Notes: a model not told the origin generated them from the letters alone. A stretch of DNA of 64,000 nt from Octopus vulgaris (GCA_951406725.2 OX597832.1:2728001-2792000); one strand, 5' to 3'. Shown: positions 1 to 14,816, numbered from the stretch's first letter. Numbers and translations: made by a program.

Positions 1-889
1 TTCTCCCTATGCTAGGGCTGACAGGATGAAGAGAGTTAAACAAAGGATTTTTGTACTTTTGTCTGTGGTTGAGATAAATAACATAGATGTTATGTGAGAA
101 TCAATGAGATTGATGGAGACTGAAACAAATCTGTGAAATTTATATGTATCAAAATTATTTAATATGTATACACAATTTCTAGGATTAATGCAGAGACACT
201 TTTTCAGATTCTACTCCATAAATTTGTTACCTGTTACTAATTTTATATGCTTACCTGAAAATTAAAGGCTAAATATGACTTCTGATCTATGTCCAACAAA
301 TTTCTTATTTTAAGAAGAGTATTGTAATTTGCTTGAAGCATTATGATACAGAAGTAAAATAAAAAGTAATGAAGATGGAGAGTTTCTAAGAATGCAAAAA
401 GGATAAGTTGAGTAACTTTTATATATTTCAGGCCCTCTCTGTTGGCAATCAAAATGGCCGTACCAACAAAATCTTACATTTCTAAACCATTCACTTTTTA
501 TGATGGGCCTTTGCATCTCTCCCTTTTTGCATTGTTAGAAGTTTTCTGTCTTCATTATTTGCTATTTTACTCCTTAAGTTGAACCCAGATCAAATTGATA
601 ACATCAGTTTACAATGATATTCCAAACTTAAATCGTTATAAATGTGAATATTCATCATGTTGTGAGAAGGCACAAACCCTTATTGTATACTTTATCAGCC
701 ATTGGCCATTTACTAATCAGTCTTTTTTGATGCTCACACATACATGCAAACACACACACATAGAACCACAGTTTCTTGCATAGGTTTGAAAACTTATATA
801 TAGGAGGTGGAATGGGAAATAGTGACATAAATGTTTTTTTCCCAAAAGGCTTATGCTATTAGTGAAGCAGATCAAACTGAGAGACAAAA

Positions 890-1720
890 TCATCATCGTC
901 ATTTAACGTTGTTGTCCATGCGGGCATGGTTTGGATGGTTTGGCTGGGCTGGCACACTGGAAGGTTGCACCAGGCTCCAGTCTGATTTGGCATGGTTTTC
1001 TATGGTTGGATGCCCTTCCTAACACCAATCACCCTGAGATTGTAATGGGTACTTTTACATGTCACTGGCACAGGTGCCATTTGCATGACACTGTTATCTG
1101 TCACAACTGCGATTTTGCTCAGCTTGATGGGTCTTCTTCTTAAGCACAACATTATACCAAAGGTCTTGGTCATTGCCACCATGAGGCCCAACACTCAAAA
1201 GGAGCTTGGCTACTTTGCCTCCATGAGGCCCAACGCTTGAAAGGAACTCAGCTACCTCACCTCTGTGAGGCCCGCTAAAAAGGAATTCAGCCACCTTGCC
1301 TCCGTGAGGCCCAACACTTGAAAGGAACTCAGCCACTATGTCTCCATGAGGTCTAACGCTCAAAAGGAACTCAGCCACCTTGCCTCCATGAGGCCCAACA
1401 CTTGAAAGGTACTCAGCAATTTTGCCTCCATGAGGCCCAACATTTAACGGTTGACTTTTTTTTACATGCCACCAGCATCGGTGCACTTGGCTCGATGGAT
1501 CCTCTTAAGCAGAGCACATCACCAAAGGTCTTGGTCACTAGTCATTGCCTCTGTGAGGTTCAAGGTTTGAAGGTCATGCTTCACCACCTTGTCCCATGTC
1601 TTCCTGGGGTCTGCCTCTGCCACAGGTTCCCTCCAACAGCTAGAGATTGGCACTTCTTTATACAATTCATCCATACGCATCACATGCTCATAGCAGCACA
1701 GTTGTCTGTCTTGCACCATA
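890..1720 (-). mobile_element. RTE-clade LINE, 5'-truncated 3' fragment
   Basis: Minus-strand ORF 1519..1746 (PRKTWDKVVKHDLQTLNLTEAMTSDQDLW) matches the C-terminus of the longer RTE copy at 4528-6975. It has the shared 3' UTR and a (CAT)n tail at 890. Confidence 0.85.
1183..1445. repeat. ~39-bp tandem repeat (~7 diverged units) inside the RTE 3' UTR
   Basis: Repeated GAGGCCCAACRCTYRAAAGGAACTCAGCCACYTTGCCTCCRT units; a shorter array recurs at ~3115-3250. Confidence 0.85.
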
Positions 1721-2840
1721 CTTAATTGTATATTTGATCCCCACAAAACTTAGTAATCCTTACATCCACTTTAACAGTGAAAACATTTTAAGGGATGTTC
1801 AGTCACTGAGGCACCATGAAAGATTACATCAGCAATGATTTGAAAGATGAGGCTCAGAGTAGTTTCTAGATGTCTCCAGGATTTTTATTGGAAGTTAAAG
1901 AAATTGTATCAATTAAACAGTAAAACCTTGGCTTACATCAATGAACTGTGTCTCGTCAAGTTTACTGTTAAGTTAATCAAATCACTGAGAAATAATATTT
2001 TTACCAGAGGCAGAGCAAAGTGATAGGATATGAACTGCCAACCCCTTGACTGATAGGTTGGTGACCATTCTTGATCTCTTATATTACATTTTATAAATTT
2101 CCCCATGCAGACATTCAGTTATTTATTCCCACATATATACCCAATGTATTTTTCCACTAACTTATTTAAAGCCCCTGGCAAACTGCCTTCTCATTTTTCA
2201 TGTATCTGCAGTTAATGATAGGTAATAGCAGAGTATTTTTGACATGATCCATTCCACTGTGAGTTCATCATATAATTATCTCACAGACGGTATCTGAATT
2301 GATTGTCGCTGAAGTGACTCCAGCTAAACTGGTGAACAAACAATTTTAAGTACATTACAAAGATATGACTTAATGGCAGTCAGACAGTTTAAATAACTGA
2401 AGGTTGAATATACCCGGTTCACAAGCAAAGTGTGATGAAAACTAATGAACTAAATAGTAAGAAGTGAAAGGAGCTACCTAAGAAATGTGAAGAGAGATGC
2501 CTCTTCAACACTTGACATAATAACTGTTATTATTATTCTTAAACAGAAAATGTAGTTTGTTGACCAAGGGATGTGTAATGACATGATAGCATGAAGTAAC
2601 AAAACTGACATTAATATTCTTTTAGCCTTTACTGATTTAGTTTTTACTGATTTCAGTCAGTGGACTGCTGCTATGCTGGGGCATTGCTTTGAAGGGTTTT
2701 GACTTGATCATATTGACTCCAGTATATATTTCAAATATTTCTATTCGTTTAACTGTTAAAAAATAGGACATAAAGGGCCACAAAATAAAACTAGTTTTTA
2801 GTAGATTGGTGTATACACATAGCCCCACCATGTAAATATA

Positions 2841-3441
2841 TCATCATCATTCTAATGTTCATTTAATGTCTGTTGTCCATACTGGCATGGGCTGGACGGT
2901 TTGACTAGGGCTGGTAAGCTGGAAGGCTTTTCTACGGCTGGATGCCCTTCCTAATGCCTACCATTCCAAGAGTGTAATGGGTGCTTTTATGTGCTGCCAG
3001 CATGGGTGCCATTTGTATGACACTGGTATCTACCATGACTGCGATTTTGCTCGGCTTGATGGGTCTTCTTCTCAAGCACGACATAATGCCAAAGGTCTTG
3101 GTCACTGTCTCTGTGAGGCCCAACACTCAAAATGAACTCAGTCACTTTGCCTCTGTTAGACCCTGCTCAAAAGGAACTCAGCCACTTTGCCTCCATGAGG
3201 ACCAATACTCGAAAGGAACTCAGCTGCTTTTGCCCCTGTGAGGCCCAATGCTCTAACAGTGCTCTTTACATACCACCAGCATGGGTGCCAGTTATGTGAC
3301 ACCAACATCAGCCATGACTACAGTTTCACTTAGTTTGACGTGTCTTCTCAAGTACAACATGTCGCCAAAGGTCTTGGTCACTAGTCATTGCCTCTGTGTG
3401 ATTCAAAGTTTGAAGATCATACTTCACTACTTCATCCCATG
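2841..3441 (-). mobile_element. RTE-clade LINE 3' fragment
   Basis: Same 3' UTR (ctggatgcccttcctaa...ccaaaggtcttggtcact) and (CAT)n tail as 890-1720. Confidence 0.8.
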
Positions 3442-3450
3442 AATATATAT

Positions 3451-4481
3451 ATCATCATCATCATCATTTAGCGTCCACTTTCCATGCTAGCATGGGTTGG
3501 ATGGTTCAACTGGGGTCTGGGAAGCCAGAAGGCTGCACCAGGCCCAGTCTGATCTTGCAATGTTTCTATGGCTGGATGCCCTTCCTAACGCCAACCACTC
3601 CGTGAGTGTAATATATATCATCATCATCATCATCGTTTAATGTCCGCTTTCCATGCTAGCATGGGTTGGACGGTTCAACTGGGGTCTGGCAAGCCCGAAG
3701 GCTGCACCAGGCCAGTCAGATCTGGCAGTGGTTCTACAGCTGGATGCCCTTCCTAACGCCAACCACTCCGAGAGTGTAGTGGGTGATTTTATGTGCCACT
3801 GACACAGGTGCCAGACGAGGCTGGCAGACGGCCACGCTCGGATGGTGTTTGTTACGTGCCCTCAGTACGGAGGCCAGTCGATGCGGTACTGGCTATGGTC
3901 ACGTTCGGATGGTTTTCTTATGTGCCACCAGCACTGGTACCACAAGGATACAAATTCCTTTGATGTTCATCTATTTTGATTTGGTTTGATTTGATTTGAT
4001 TTGATTTTCACTTGCCTCAACAGGTCTTCACAAGTGTCACAAGAAGGAAGGTATGCACAGGTGGACTGACTACGTCCCAGGTAGGGGCCACGGGTTATGG
4101 CTTCACTAGTCTTGCCGGGTCTTCTCACGCACAGCATACTTCCATAGGTCTCGGTCTCTAGTCATTTCCATGGTGAGACCTAACGTTCGAAGGTCGTCCC
4201 AGGTTTTCCTGGGTCTACCTCGTCCCAGGTTTTCCTGGGTCTACCTCTTCCACGGGTTCCCTCAACTGCTAGGGATTGGCACTTTCTCACACACCTATCT
4301 TCATCCATTCTCGCCACATGACCATACCAGCGCAATCGTCTCTCTTGCACACCACAACTGATGCTTCTTAGGTACAACATTTCTCTCAAGGTACTAACGC
4401 TCTGTCGAGTAAGTACACTGACATTACACATCCATCGGAGCATACTGGCTTCATTCCTCACGAGCTTACACATGTCCTCAG
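3451..4481 (-). mobile_element. Two stacked RTE-clade LINE 3' fragments (tails at ~3451 and ~3618)
   Basis: Two (CAT)n-tailed 3' ends. ORF 4180..4473 (NEASMLRWMCNV...RRLRWYGHVARM...GRGRPRKTW) is the typical RTE ORF2 C-terminus. Confidence 0.85.
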
Positions 4482-4527
4482 CATTGGCTGCAGTCTAATG
4501 ATTGAAACAAGTAAAAGATATATATAT

Positions 4528-6975
4528 CATCATCATCATCATCATCATCGTTTAACGTCTGTTTTCCATGCTAGCATGGGTTGGATGGTTCAACCGGGGT
4601 CTGGGAAGCTAGGAGGCTGCATCAGCTCCAGTCTGATATGGCAGTGTTTCTACAGCTAGATGCCCTTCCTGATGTCAACCACTCCATGAGTGTAGTGGGT
4701 GCATTTTATGTGCCACCAGCACAGGTGCCAGGGGAGGCTGGCATCGGCCATGTTTGGATGGTGCTTTTTACGTGCCACCGGCAGAGGTATCACAACTACA
4801 ATTTGATTTTTTGAAGTTGATGTACTTGACTCACTAGGTCTCCTCAAGCATCCAAGGTAAGCACAGCAGGCCGTCCTGCAATCCAAGGCACTTTGGATGG
4901 GCTGGGGCTTCTATGTGAAGCTGGTGCAGGAAACAGCCATAAACTCACATTCTTTGTCAGGTCTTTGCAATCACAGCATATCTCCAGAGGTCTCAGTCTT
5001 CTGTCATTGCCTCTGTGAGACCCAATGTTCGAAGGTCATGTTTGACCACCTCATCCCATGTTTTCCTGGGTCTACCTCTACCCTGGATTCCTTCAACTGT
5101 TTGGGAGTGGTACTTCTTCACACATCTCTCCTCATCCATCCGTAGTACATGACCATACCAGCACAGACGTCTCCCATCCAATGCCACATCCAATGCTTCT
5201 TATGTCCAGCATTTCTCTCAGGACACTTACACTATGTCGTGTATGCACACTGACATTACACATCCAGCGGATCATGCTAGCTTCATTTCTTTCAAGCCTA
5301 CGCATGTCTTCTGCAGTCACAGCCCATGTTTCACTACCGTGAAGCATGGCAGTTCGCACATATGCGTCGTACAATCTACCTTTCACTCTGAGTGAGAGAC
5401 CCTTTGTCACCAGTAGGGGTAGGAGCTTTCTAAACTTTGCCCAGGCTATTCTTATTCTAGTGGTAACACTCTCTGAGCATCCACCCCCACTACTAACTTC
5501 GTCACCTGGGTAGCAGAAACTATCAACTACTTCTAGTTTCTCCCCCAGGAGTGTAATGGAATCTGTTTTCTGAGTATCAATGGTGTCTATTGCCCCTGTG
5601 CATTTGCCGCACACGAAAGCTATCTTCTCAGTTAATTTTCCTTTGATGTTGCTGCACCTCTTATGTGTCCATAGCTAACACTGGGTACATCTTATGGAGT
5701 TTCTACCTACACCTTTTCTACAGATCGAGCAGAGTCACCTACTTAAAGGGGTTTGTGGTATGTTTGCCTTCCTACTTACTAGAACTTTGGTCTTTGCTAC
5801 ATTGACTCTAAAGCCTTTTGATTCTAAAAGCCCAAAATTTCTTTTCTAGTTCTGGTAGTGATTCGGCTATGAGAATTAGGTCATCAGCATAGAGGAGCTC
5901 CCAGGGGCAACCCGTCTTGAATTCCTCTGTTATTGCCTGGAGGACTATGATGAATAGAAGGGGACTGAGGGCTGAGCATTGGTGGATGCCAATATCTACC
6001 AGGAATTCTTCACTGTACTCTCTGTAAAGGGCCTGAACAGCTCTTATTAACCATTCGTCAATCTCCAGATAAGGGATCGGGGGACCCTGTCAAAAGCTTT
6101 CTCCAAGTCAACGAAAGCTATGTAGAGGGGTTTATCTTTAGCTAGGTATTTCTCCTGCAGTTGTCGAACCAGGAATATGATATCAGTGGTGCTTCTACTC
6201 GGCACAAAACCGAACTGCATCTCATCTAAGCAGACTCTCTCCCTAATGAGATGGGCTATGACTCTCTCTGTGACCTTCATCACCTGATCTAACAGTTTAA
6301 TACCCCTGTAGTTATTTCTATCTAGAGCATCACCTTTACCCTTGTAGCAGTTGACTATGGTGCTGCTACACCATAGTCAACTATGTTATTGGGTATGACT
6401 CCATTATGAACTACCTGGTTTACAATGTGGGTGACTAGGCCATAACCCACATTACCAGATGTTTTAAGCATCTCAGCAGTGATTCCTGATGGGCTGGGGG
6501 CTTTTCCTAGCTACATACCCTTAATTGCTTTATCTACTAAGGAGTTGTCTATTGGGATAGCTGGTCCCTCTACTGGGTCAACATTTGGCAGGCTCTCCTC
6601 CTCCCATTCATTCTTCACATTCAGCAGTCTTTCATTATGGCTTCTCCAAGCCTCTTTCTTTTCAGAAACATTGAAAGCAAGTTCACCATCATCCATGTGG
6701 ACACATTTCTTTCCTGTAACATCACAATTTTCTCTCACACACTGTCTAGCAATCCGAAATACTTCAGTTCTTTTGGCCCTCACGCTGCTGGACATTGACA
6801 AACTTCTTTTCTGCTTCACCCTTGGCTATGTATACCTGCCACCCAGCCTCCCTTTTGGCTACCTTGTACAGTTCCCTGCTACCCCCATCCCTCCAGGCCT
6901 TCCAGGCCTATTTCTTTGCTCTAATGGCTTTGTCTACCGTACTATTCCACCACCACATAACTCTAGGTCTAGAAG
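4528..6975 (-). mobile_element. RTE-clade LINE, ~2.4 kb fragment with degenerate reverse transcriptase
   Basis: RT motifs QFGFVPSRSTTD...FVDLEKAFDRVPR (6047..6283) and PWELLYADDL (~5878-5907), a Cys-rich insert, GSETWAVT and RLCWYGHV, with a (CAT)n tail. Multiple stops and frameshifts. Confidence 0.92.
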
Positions 6976-6979
6976 GAAC

Positions 6980-7140
6980 ATATATATATATATACATACA
7001 CACACATATGCATACATGCACACACATGCATACATGCATACATACATACATACATACATACATGCATGCATGCTTGCATACATACATACATACATACATA
7101 CATACATACATACATACATACATACATACATACATACATA
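6980..7140. repeat. (TA)n/(TACA)n microsatellite
   Basis: Direct inspection. Confidence 0.95.
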
Positions 7141-7144
7141 AATA

Positions 7145-8030
<886 letters not shown>

Positions 8031-8038
8031 TTGTATTA

Positions 8039-9737
8039 CATTGGGGAACACAATTTTCATTGAGTTAGATCTGACATTTGTTTTTGACTAAGTTTTGGCC
8101 TCTAAATCCAAAAGTGACCCTAGTTTCTCTGTATCATGTCAACTTTTTGATCTATGGGGTGCTCTCACTTCGTCTCAAAAACCATAAAAATACTGCATCT
8201 AACAGATTTGTGCCTATTATATTGGCAGTTTTAAAAATGTACATACAATGGAAAATAATAAAACATTGCTTTACTGTAATGCTTATATAAATTTATTTTG
8301 TTCACACAAAGGATATTATTACTGTGAGTCAAATTGCGTGCAAATAGTGAAGGTAAAAATTTATACTTATAGCTTTTCCTGGGGTGTTCAGTCTGTGGAC
8401 AATTTCACTTCATGCTCCAACAATAGTCAGTCATCATATTTACAACCCATCTACCCTGATACTGTTCCTCCATGACCTCCAGATCTTACACATTGTTAAC
8501 GTTACCAAGGTTTTCCAGGAAGTTAGCAAAATGGCTTTGTAGAAAATGCAACTTAATAAGTCATGCAGCAATTAAGCAGTTTGTAGCTTTCCAATAGTTT
8601 TTGGATAATTTTGGTGTAATTCTTTGCTCATATATTTTCAAGAAAGTTAATGTCAAGGTCTTTGAATGATAACCAACCATTCTTTTCAAGTTCTGAGATT
8701 GTCTCAGTGAAATGTTCATCTTTGATGAGCTGCTGGATCTGTAGACCATCAATCACATTGGCCTTGGTATTTTTCAGTTGACAGGCCAGGAAATGCCAAA
8801 ATGAGGTACTTGAAATAGTTGCATTCAGCTGGCAATGCTTTAATGAATTATTTCATGAGACTCATGTGCAGAGTTGAGAATATAATTTTCTTTATGTCAA
8901 CAAGTGGCTCATGTAGAATGTGGGGATCATCAGGTTTGAGGTCAGATCTTGGAGGCCAATGCTTTTTAGCACCCATTGATTTTCTTAAGCTTTGCTGTCC
9001 TACATGCACAGAAAGCAGGGATCTTGTATCCACATTACTGATCAAGAAGGAAGCATATCAGTTTAAGGTAATCACAGATGATCCAATTGTGTCTATGATA
9101 TTGTAACAACTCAATGACTCTATGTCTGTGTATTCCTCACAAATATGGAGAGATAATGACATAAAGTATTGGACTCTACAACAGAATTCCTTCACACTTC
9201 AAACCACCAGTTCACTCTCTTCAAAGCCTTGCCTTATATTCTCCACTGAACAAATCTGTTTTCTGGCCTCCAAACTTCAAATCCTTTGTACTGCTGTGTT
9301 TGTCACTTCCATATCTTGGCCACATTCATGTAATTTCATGCATCTTAGCACCAAATTAGCTTTCAGCCTCTAGGGACAAAAAGTTAAGTCTTAAGTGCTG
9401 AAGACCAGCTGAGGATTGGTCAGTGATTGTGACATTGGAGGAAGACTTGAAGCTGACTATAAGCTGCCACACATTTCAAAACTCAACCTGAAGTCACCAC
9501 TTCTGAAAAGTTCTCACTCCTTTTCAATAAAATAATAAAAGCAATCAGCTGATCAGATTTATTACTTATGGACAAACAATACAATTGTGCTTATTCAGAG
9601 AGTAAGCTATAGGAAAAATAAAAAATTGAAAAAGAAGAAAACTGACTATAATTTTGGAATCAGTTTGCTAATTTTAGTCTAAGTCAAGTGAAAAAATGAA
9701 CTCAACAGAAATTATGTCCAAAATTGTTTCCCAACAT
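8039..9737 (-). mobile_element. Chapaev3-like (CMC group) DNA transposon, degenerate
   Basis: Left end TTA|CATTGGGGAACA, decayed right end near tgtttcccaa. Minus-strand transposase remnants KKHWPPRSDLKP...ILHEPLVDIKKIIFSTLHMSLMK resemble the W..R...EPLV....LPPLH.KLGLMK block. Confidence 0.7.
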
Positions 9738-11305
9738 CATTTATATATTAATACAGTAAAACCAAATGTGTGATACTATCATGTGGTTAGGTGAAAAGAG
9801 AGAGAGAGAAAGAGAAGGATATTAGGAGCGAGAGCTAGGAGAAAGTGGTGGTTATTATGTTATGTGGTTTAATAGTTAGTTGAAGTGACAGAAAGAAGAG
9901 TAGATATGATTGATTGATTAATTGATTGATGGACAGATGGATGGACAGACAAACAGACAGTCTGACAGATAGGTAGATTGTTAAACTGAACTGAAATGAA
10001 AAGAAGCTTGATTGGCAAATAACTTGAATTGAGCCTTGTTACTGATAAGTTATGGAGGTGTCAGTGGGGATATTGGTTAACGGAGGCACCAGTGGTAGCT
10101 AGACCATAGAAAGTGTTGTTCTTTTATGGTTTTTTTCTATAATTTTTATATCACTCATTATTTAATAATGCATTTTAATGTAATTAATTACTGTTTTCTC
10201 AAATGCTGCCTATATTTGTTTATAAAATATGGACAACAATAAACAATGTTTGCTAACAAGAGAAAGAATGTGTTAGGGTACAGCAGTTTCATAGTTTTTT
10301 TTTTTCAAGTTACCACATTTCTTAAAACTTTACCAGCATACAATAACAACATTATATATTATATATTATAGATAGTGTCTTTGATTTTGTTTCTTAGTTA
10401 AGATCATTTACTTCTTGAAATAAAGTGAAAAATTATAAATAACAACTGAGAAAGTAGAAGACAAAAGAATATAGCTTTCAGTTATGTTGTTTTTTAAGAT
10501 TGCATCTACAATACTACTGAGGTGAACTTTTACACCATTTCAAGTATCAAATGCTTCAGAAACATACACAATTCCACCATACAATTTCAGAAATAGCAGT
10601 GGAATTTTCGCAGGTGCTACTAGTCAAATTAAACATTCTTACAAATAATCTATGAATGTTTAATGTAATAAATTTGAAGAATTATGTAGGAGACTAAAAT
10701 GAAAGAGAAAGAAATTTTGAGGAAGTCAAAGAGTTATGTTGAAGTGATGGTAACACGTGTCAACATTTATCAAGCAAAAATATCAGGAGAGGTTGTAGTA
10801 TGTCAATATAGATAAACTAAAGTAACATGGAAAGGTTTGGAAGTGTCACAGCAATTCGTTTTCAATGAAAAATAAATGAATTAAAGCAGCTTAATAATAG
10901 GAAAATATTACAAATAGGTGGAATGCTTGTATTTCAAAATTGATTTAATTTGTTAAAAACAATTAGGTTGATCTCAATAGTCCAAACTAAAATACAGTAC
11001 AGGATAAAATAACAGCAAGAAGCATAGTGTATTATAATAATTGAGGTAAATATACTGAAATATACTGACAATAATATGAAGACATTATATTCATCCTACC
11101 AGAATCCTAATCAAAAGAGAATATGTCAGAGATAAGCTAGAAATTATAGTATGCAGCATAGTGCAATATAAAATCAGAGTACATCTGAAAGCACAAATCA
11201 GGCATAAAAATGTATCAGTTGATGATGCATGGTAAAGTCAACCAAAAGTTAGATAAGTACATATCAACAAAATAATATTCCAGTTATATGGAAGAATTCC
11301 TATTA

Positions 11306-13029
11306 CACTGGGGAACAGGGTTTTTGTTGTCCGATGTTGGAGACATGTTTCCTACTAATTCAGGAGTGCTGATTTCAAAAATGAAATCTATTTTACTCTA
11401 TCACGTTGAGATTCTTCACAAACTGAGATGACCATTTTTCAACATTTCTGGTATTGTCACCATTTCTAAGGATAGATTTGACTTCATCAAATGCAAACCT
11501 ATGTATGGAGCTTGACATAACTTTGAAAACAGTTTTTTCTATGTCATTTATGACTTAAGTATCTTTAGTAGATAAAATGTATCAAACTTCAGCAACTTTC
11601 AGTATTTTCAACCAAACCGATTCCAAATGTCATGATGATGACAGAAATGTCCTTTATATGATCAGATGTTAAGAAACAACCTATTTTTGTGGCCCTTGAC
11701 ACCATACAACTCATATTCACCGAATTTATCTGCAGATATACCCATGCTTTGCTTAATTTAGTGTAACTATCATTGCAAACTAGATGAAGCATGTTTTGTT
11801 GAACTTTTAACTATCTCTTATGAAAATTGGTATTTTGAATGTGCCCTTACTGTTTTGATTGTGAGGTCACATGGGTCAAGGTAACTTTTTGTTAAGCATG
11901 GTCAATGAACTGTAAAAAGAACTACATGGTATTATGGAACTTTGCCATCACAAATCTGCATTTGCTTACTTTATAACTGTTGACTATTCTGAAAATGCTT
12001 TCTCAGCTGACATCTGGCTTGAACAAGTCTTTTATTTCAGAAATATGGTCAGTTGTGGAAGAAGAGAATGTAAAAGCAGTCCCGATGTATTGTGCTTACT
12101 TCTGGATTAGGCAGTGAAACAAAATCACAGATTTTATGAAGAAAGGTTACCTTACTTCCTTACTTACTTTAGCATGAAACAGGGTGACAAGACAAAGCTT
12201 GGGTATCCCATATAGTGTGCAAAACATGTGTTGAAACACTGAGACAGTGACTGCTTCAAATACTTAAGCAGAAAGTTTCCAACTTTGTCTTGTGAGAAAA
12301 ATAAGGTTGGAGTGTTTGAGTAATAGGTGACTATTACTGGATGAGCTATTTTTGGAAACCATGTCTGGCATTGAAAAAGAAGCATGGAATGCTTTTGTTG
12401 CAGTTGTATCTGATTTCCTGAGAAATGGGAAGCCATCAAATTATGAAGAACTTGTGTAGACCTTGTTAACCAGTTTTTGAGCACTGAGATGCAACATGAG
12501 TGTAAATGTGCATTTCCTGCACAATCATCTGGACTATTTCCTTGAAAATCCAAAGGCAATAGTGATGAGAAAGGAAAAAGATTCCACCAATACATCGAAA
12601 ACATGGGGACAAGGTATCAAAGTAGGTGGAACACCAACATGGTGTTGTCTACTGCTGATCACTGCAAAGAGACTGTCATGATGCAATTTATTCTCATTAA
12701 GCGACAAAAAGAAAGTTCATTCTTTGAGTAGCTCAGACTCCAGTTTGACAGAAATATCTATTCTAAGACGTATAATTCAATATTTTGTGTAATATATCTG
12801 TTAAACAATAAGAAGTACTATTTGGTTTGTGTTAGTTTCTTATTTCAGTATTGCATTTAATGGCAAAATTGATATTTTTTGGTAAAGAAAAAATGAATTC
12901 CTGTTTAACAAAAAACTTGACATGATAGAAAATTTCTGGGGTATTTCTTAACCCAACACCATCAAATTAGGTAGGACTAATTGTAAAAAGCAAGACAACT
13001 AAAAGCTTTTTTTGAAATGTTCCCCTGTG
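11306..13029 (+). mobile_element. Chapaev3-like DNA transposon, degenerate
   Basis: TIRs CACTGGGGAACA / TGTTCCCCTGTG with TTA on both flanks. Transposase C-terminal block MSVNVHFLHNHLDYF..N (12496-), followed out of frame by SDEKGKRFHQ. Confidence 0.8.
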
Positions 13030-13127
13030 TTATCAAAAAAATATGGTAGCATTCATAATGTCACTAAACTGTTTATGAAGAAATTCACGTATTTCAAATA
13101 ACAATATAAAATGATTTGTTTTGTCAT

Positions 13128-13275
13128 AATCCTTTCTACTCTAGGCATAAGGCCTGAAATTTGTGGGGAGTGGTTAAGTCGATTACATCAACCCCAGTAC
13201 TTGACTGGTACTTAATTTATCTATCCCGAAAGGATGAAAGGCAATGTCAACCTTGGCGGAATTTGAACTTAGAAT
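13128..13275 (-). mobile_element. Meta-domain-type tRNA SINE fragment
   Basis: Reverse complement gttcaaattccgccaaggttgacattgcctttcatcctttcggg; same family as 44915-45125. Confidence 0.8.
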
Positions 13276-14393
13276 GATTTGTCTTGTCGTAATAAATACA
13301 TGTATGTCAATATGAATATGTTTGTGTAAGAACATTCTTTTTATATTACATGTATGTTAATATAACAATGTGCAATAGTAGTCTTCTATTAAAATGTATG
13401 CTTGTGTGAGAATCTTCTCATAATGTGTATGTCAATATAAATATGTCTGTGCATTGAGCTTTTGAAAATCATGTTAAATATGACTCTATTGAACTAGTTA
13501 AAAATTGTTCATTTTATAGAAGGAAGTTAGTTCAATGTAAGCTTTCTGAAACAAACATACGTTGCCAAAACTAGCAATTTTGACAAAATATAAACAAATA
13601 AAACAGATACATTTTCCTACAAGTTTTATGTAACAGGTTTCATGTGACCAATGAAATTAAATATTCCAATCTGTGCCAAAAAGGCTAACAAAATCCTCTT
13701 AATTTTTTGGGAAGGTCTTGTCAAAAAGTCATCAAATTTTATCCATTCCTGATTGGATGAAATTGGAGTAAGAGGTGTGTCTGCACATGATCCAGGGTAT
13801 TAATGTAATGGAATCTTGATTATGGTGAGCAGTGAAGGGCAAGAAATGTAGCAACATTTATTTATAAAACAGAACGGAATTGGAAGGAAACCTCATGGGA
13901 TAGTAACATTTTTGGGGTGTTTTGCTATGTTCTGCAAGTTTTTGAAAATTGAAGCAATGCTAGTGTGCAAACATGCAAACCAATAGCACTTTCATACTGT
14001 TCGCACTAACCGTATATAGTAGGGTGTCATATATATAGTCCAGTGAACTGAAAAACTTCACTTAATTAAGATTATCTATAGAATTAGTATCTAAAAAGCA
14101 AGAAGTTTAGGAGATAATTCCAAATAATATCCCCATTGAAATTTTTGGAAAATAATAAAAATGCTGCAGTGGGAGTAAATCTTGTCATTAAGCAATAGGC
14201 ATATTTCACTCTTTTTAAAAACCACATTTGAGAAGTATATTCTTGTCAGTTGGCAAGATTAAAAGTTATATATATATATATGTAAATATATATATATATA
14301 TAATTGGTATATATAAATATTTTAATCTTCGGATTCTTTTTTAATATGCTAGACCACTGGTCTTAATTGATAAATATCAATTTCTACCCTTAA

Positions 14394-14446
<53 letters not shown>

Positions 14447-14451
14447 TGTAG

Positions 14452-14733
14452 ATATATAATAATATAGATATAATTATAATTAAGGGTACTGAGAAACAGC
14501 ACATACATGCTAGAAATAGATGTGAAATGACTCTAAATCCACATAATTTTTTTTTACACTCCATTAGCACAGGTTGAAAGTGAGGTAAATGAATAAAAAA
14601 AATTTGGCACCTGTGCTAATGGAGTGTAAAAAAATGAAGTGGTTTTAGAGTCATTTGACATCTATTTCTAGCGTATAGGTGCTGTTTCTCGGTACTCTTA
14701 ATCATAATTATATCTATATAATTATATATCTAT
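14452..14733. repeat. Inverted repeat, ~120-bp arms with ~35-bp spacer
   Basis: Left arm 14452-14574 (...tacactccattagcacaggt) is complementary to right arm 14609-14733 (acctgtgctaatggagtgta...), with scattered mismatches. Confidence 0.9.
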
Positions 14734-14816
14734 ATTAATTCTTACCTATATTGTTTTTATTACATACTGGCCACTGATAAGATCGTTATTTTTATAATGA
14801 TTTTATCCTTAGTTGT

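Noticed and set aside
432-485. Possible terminal exon after tttcag (ALSVGNQNGRTNKILHF*)
   Set aside because: Too short, no recognisable homology, and could arise by chance.
1183-1445. Regularly spaced ~39-bp repeats resembling a CRISPR array
   Set aside because: Units are contiguous with no unique spacers, lie in a LINE 3' UTR, and there are no cas genes; the context is eukaryotic.
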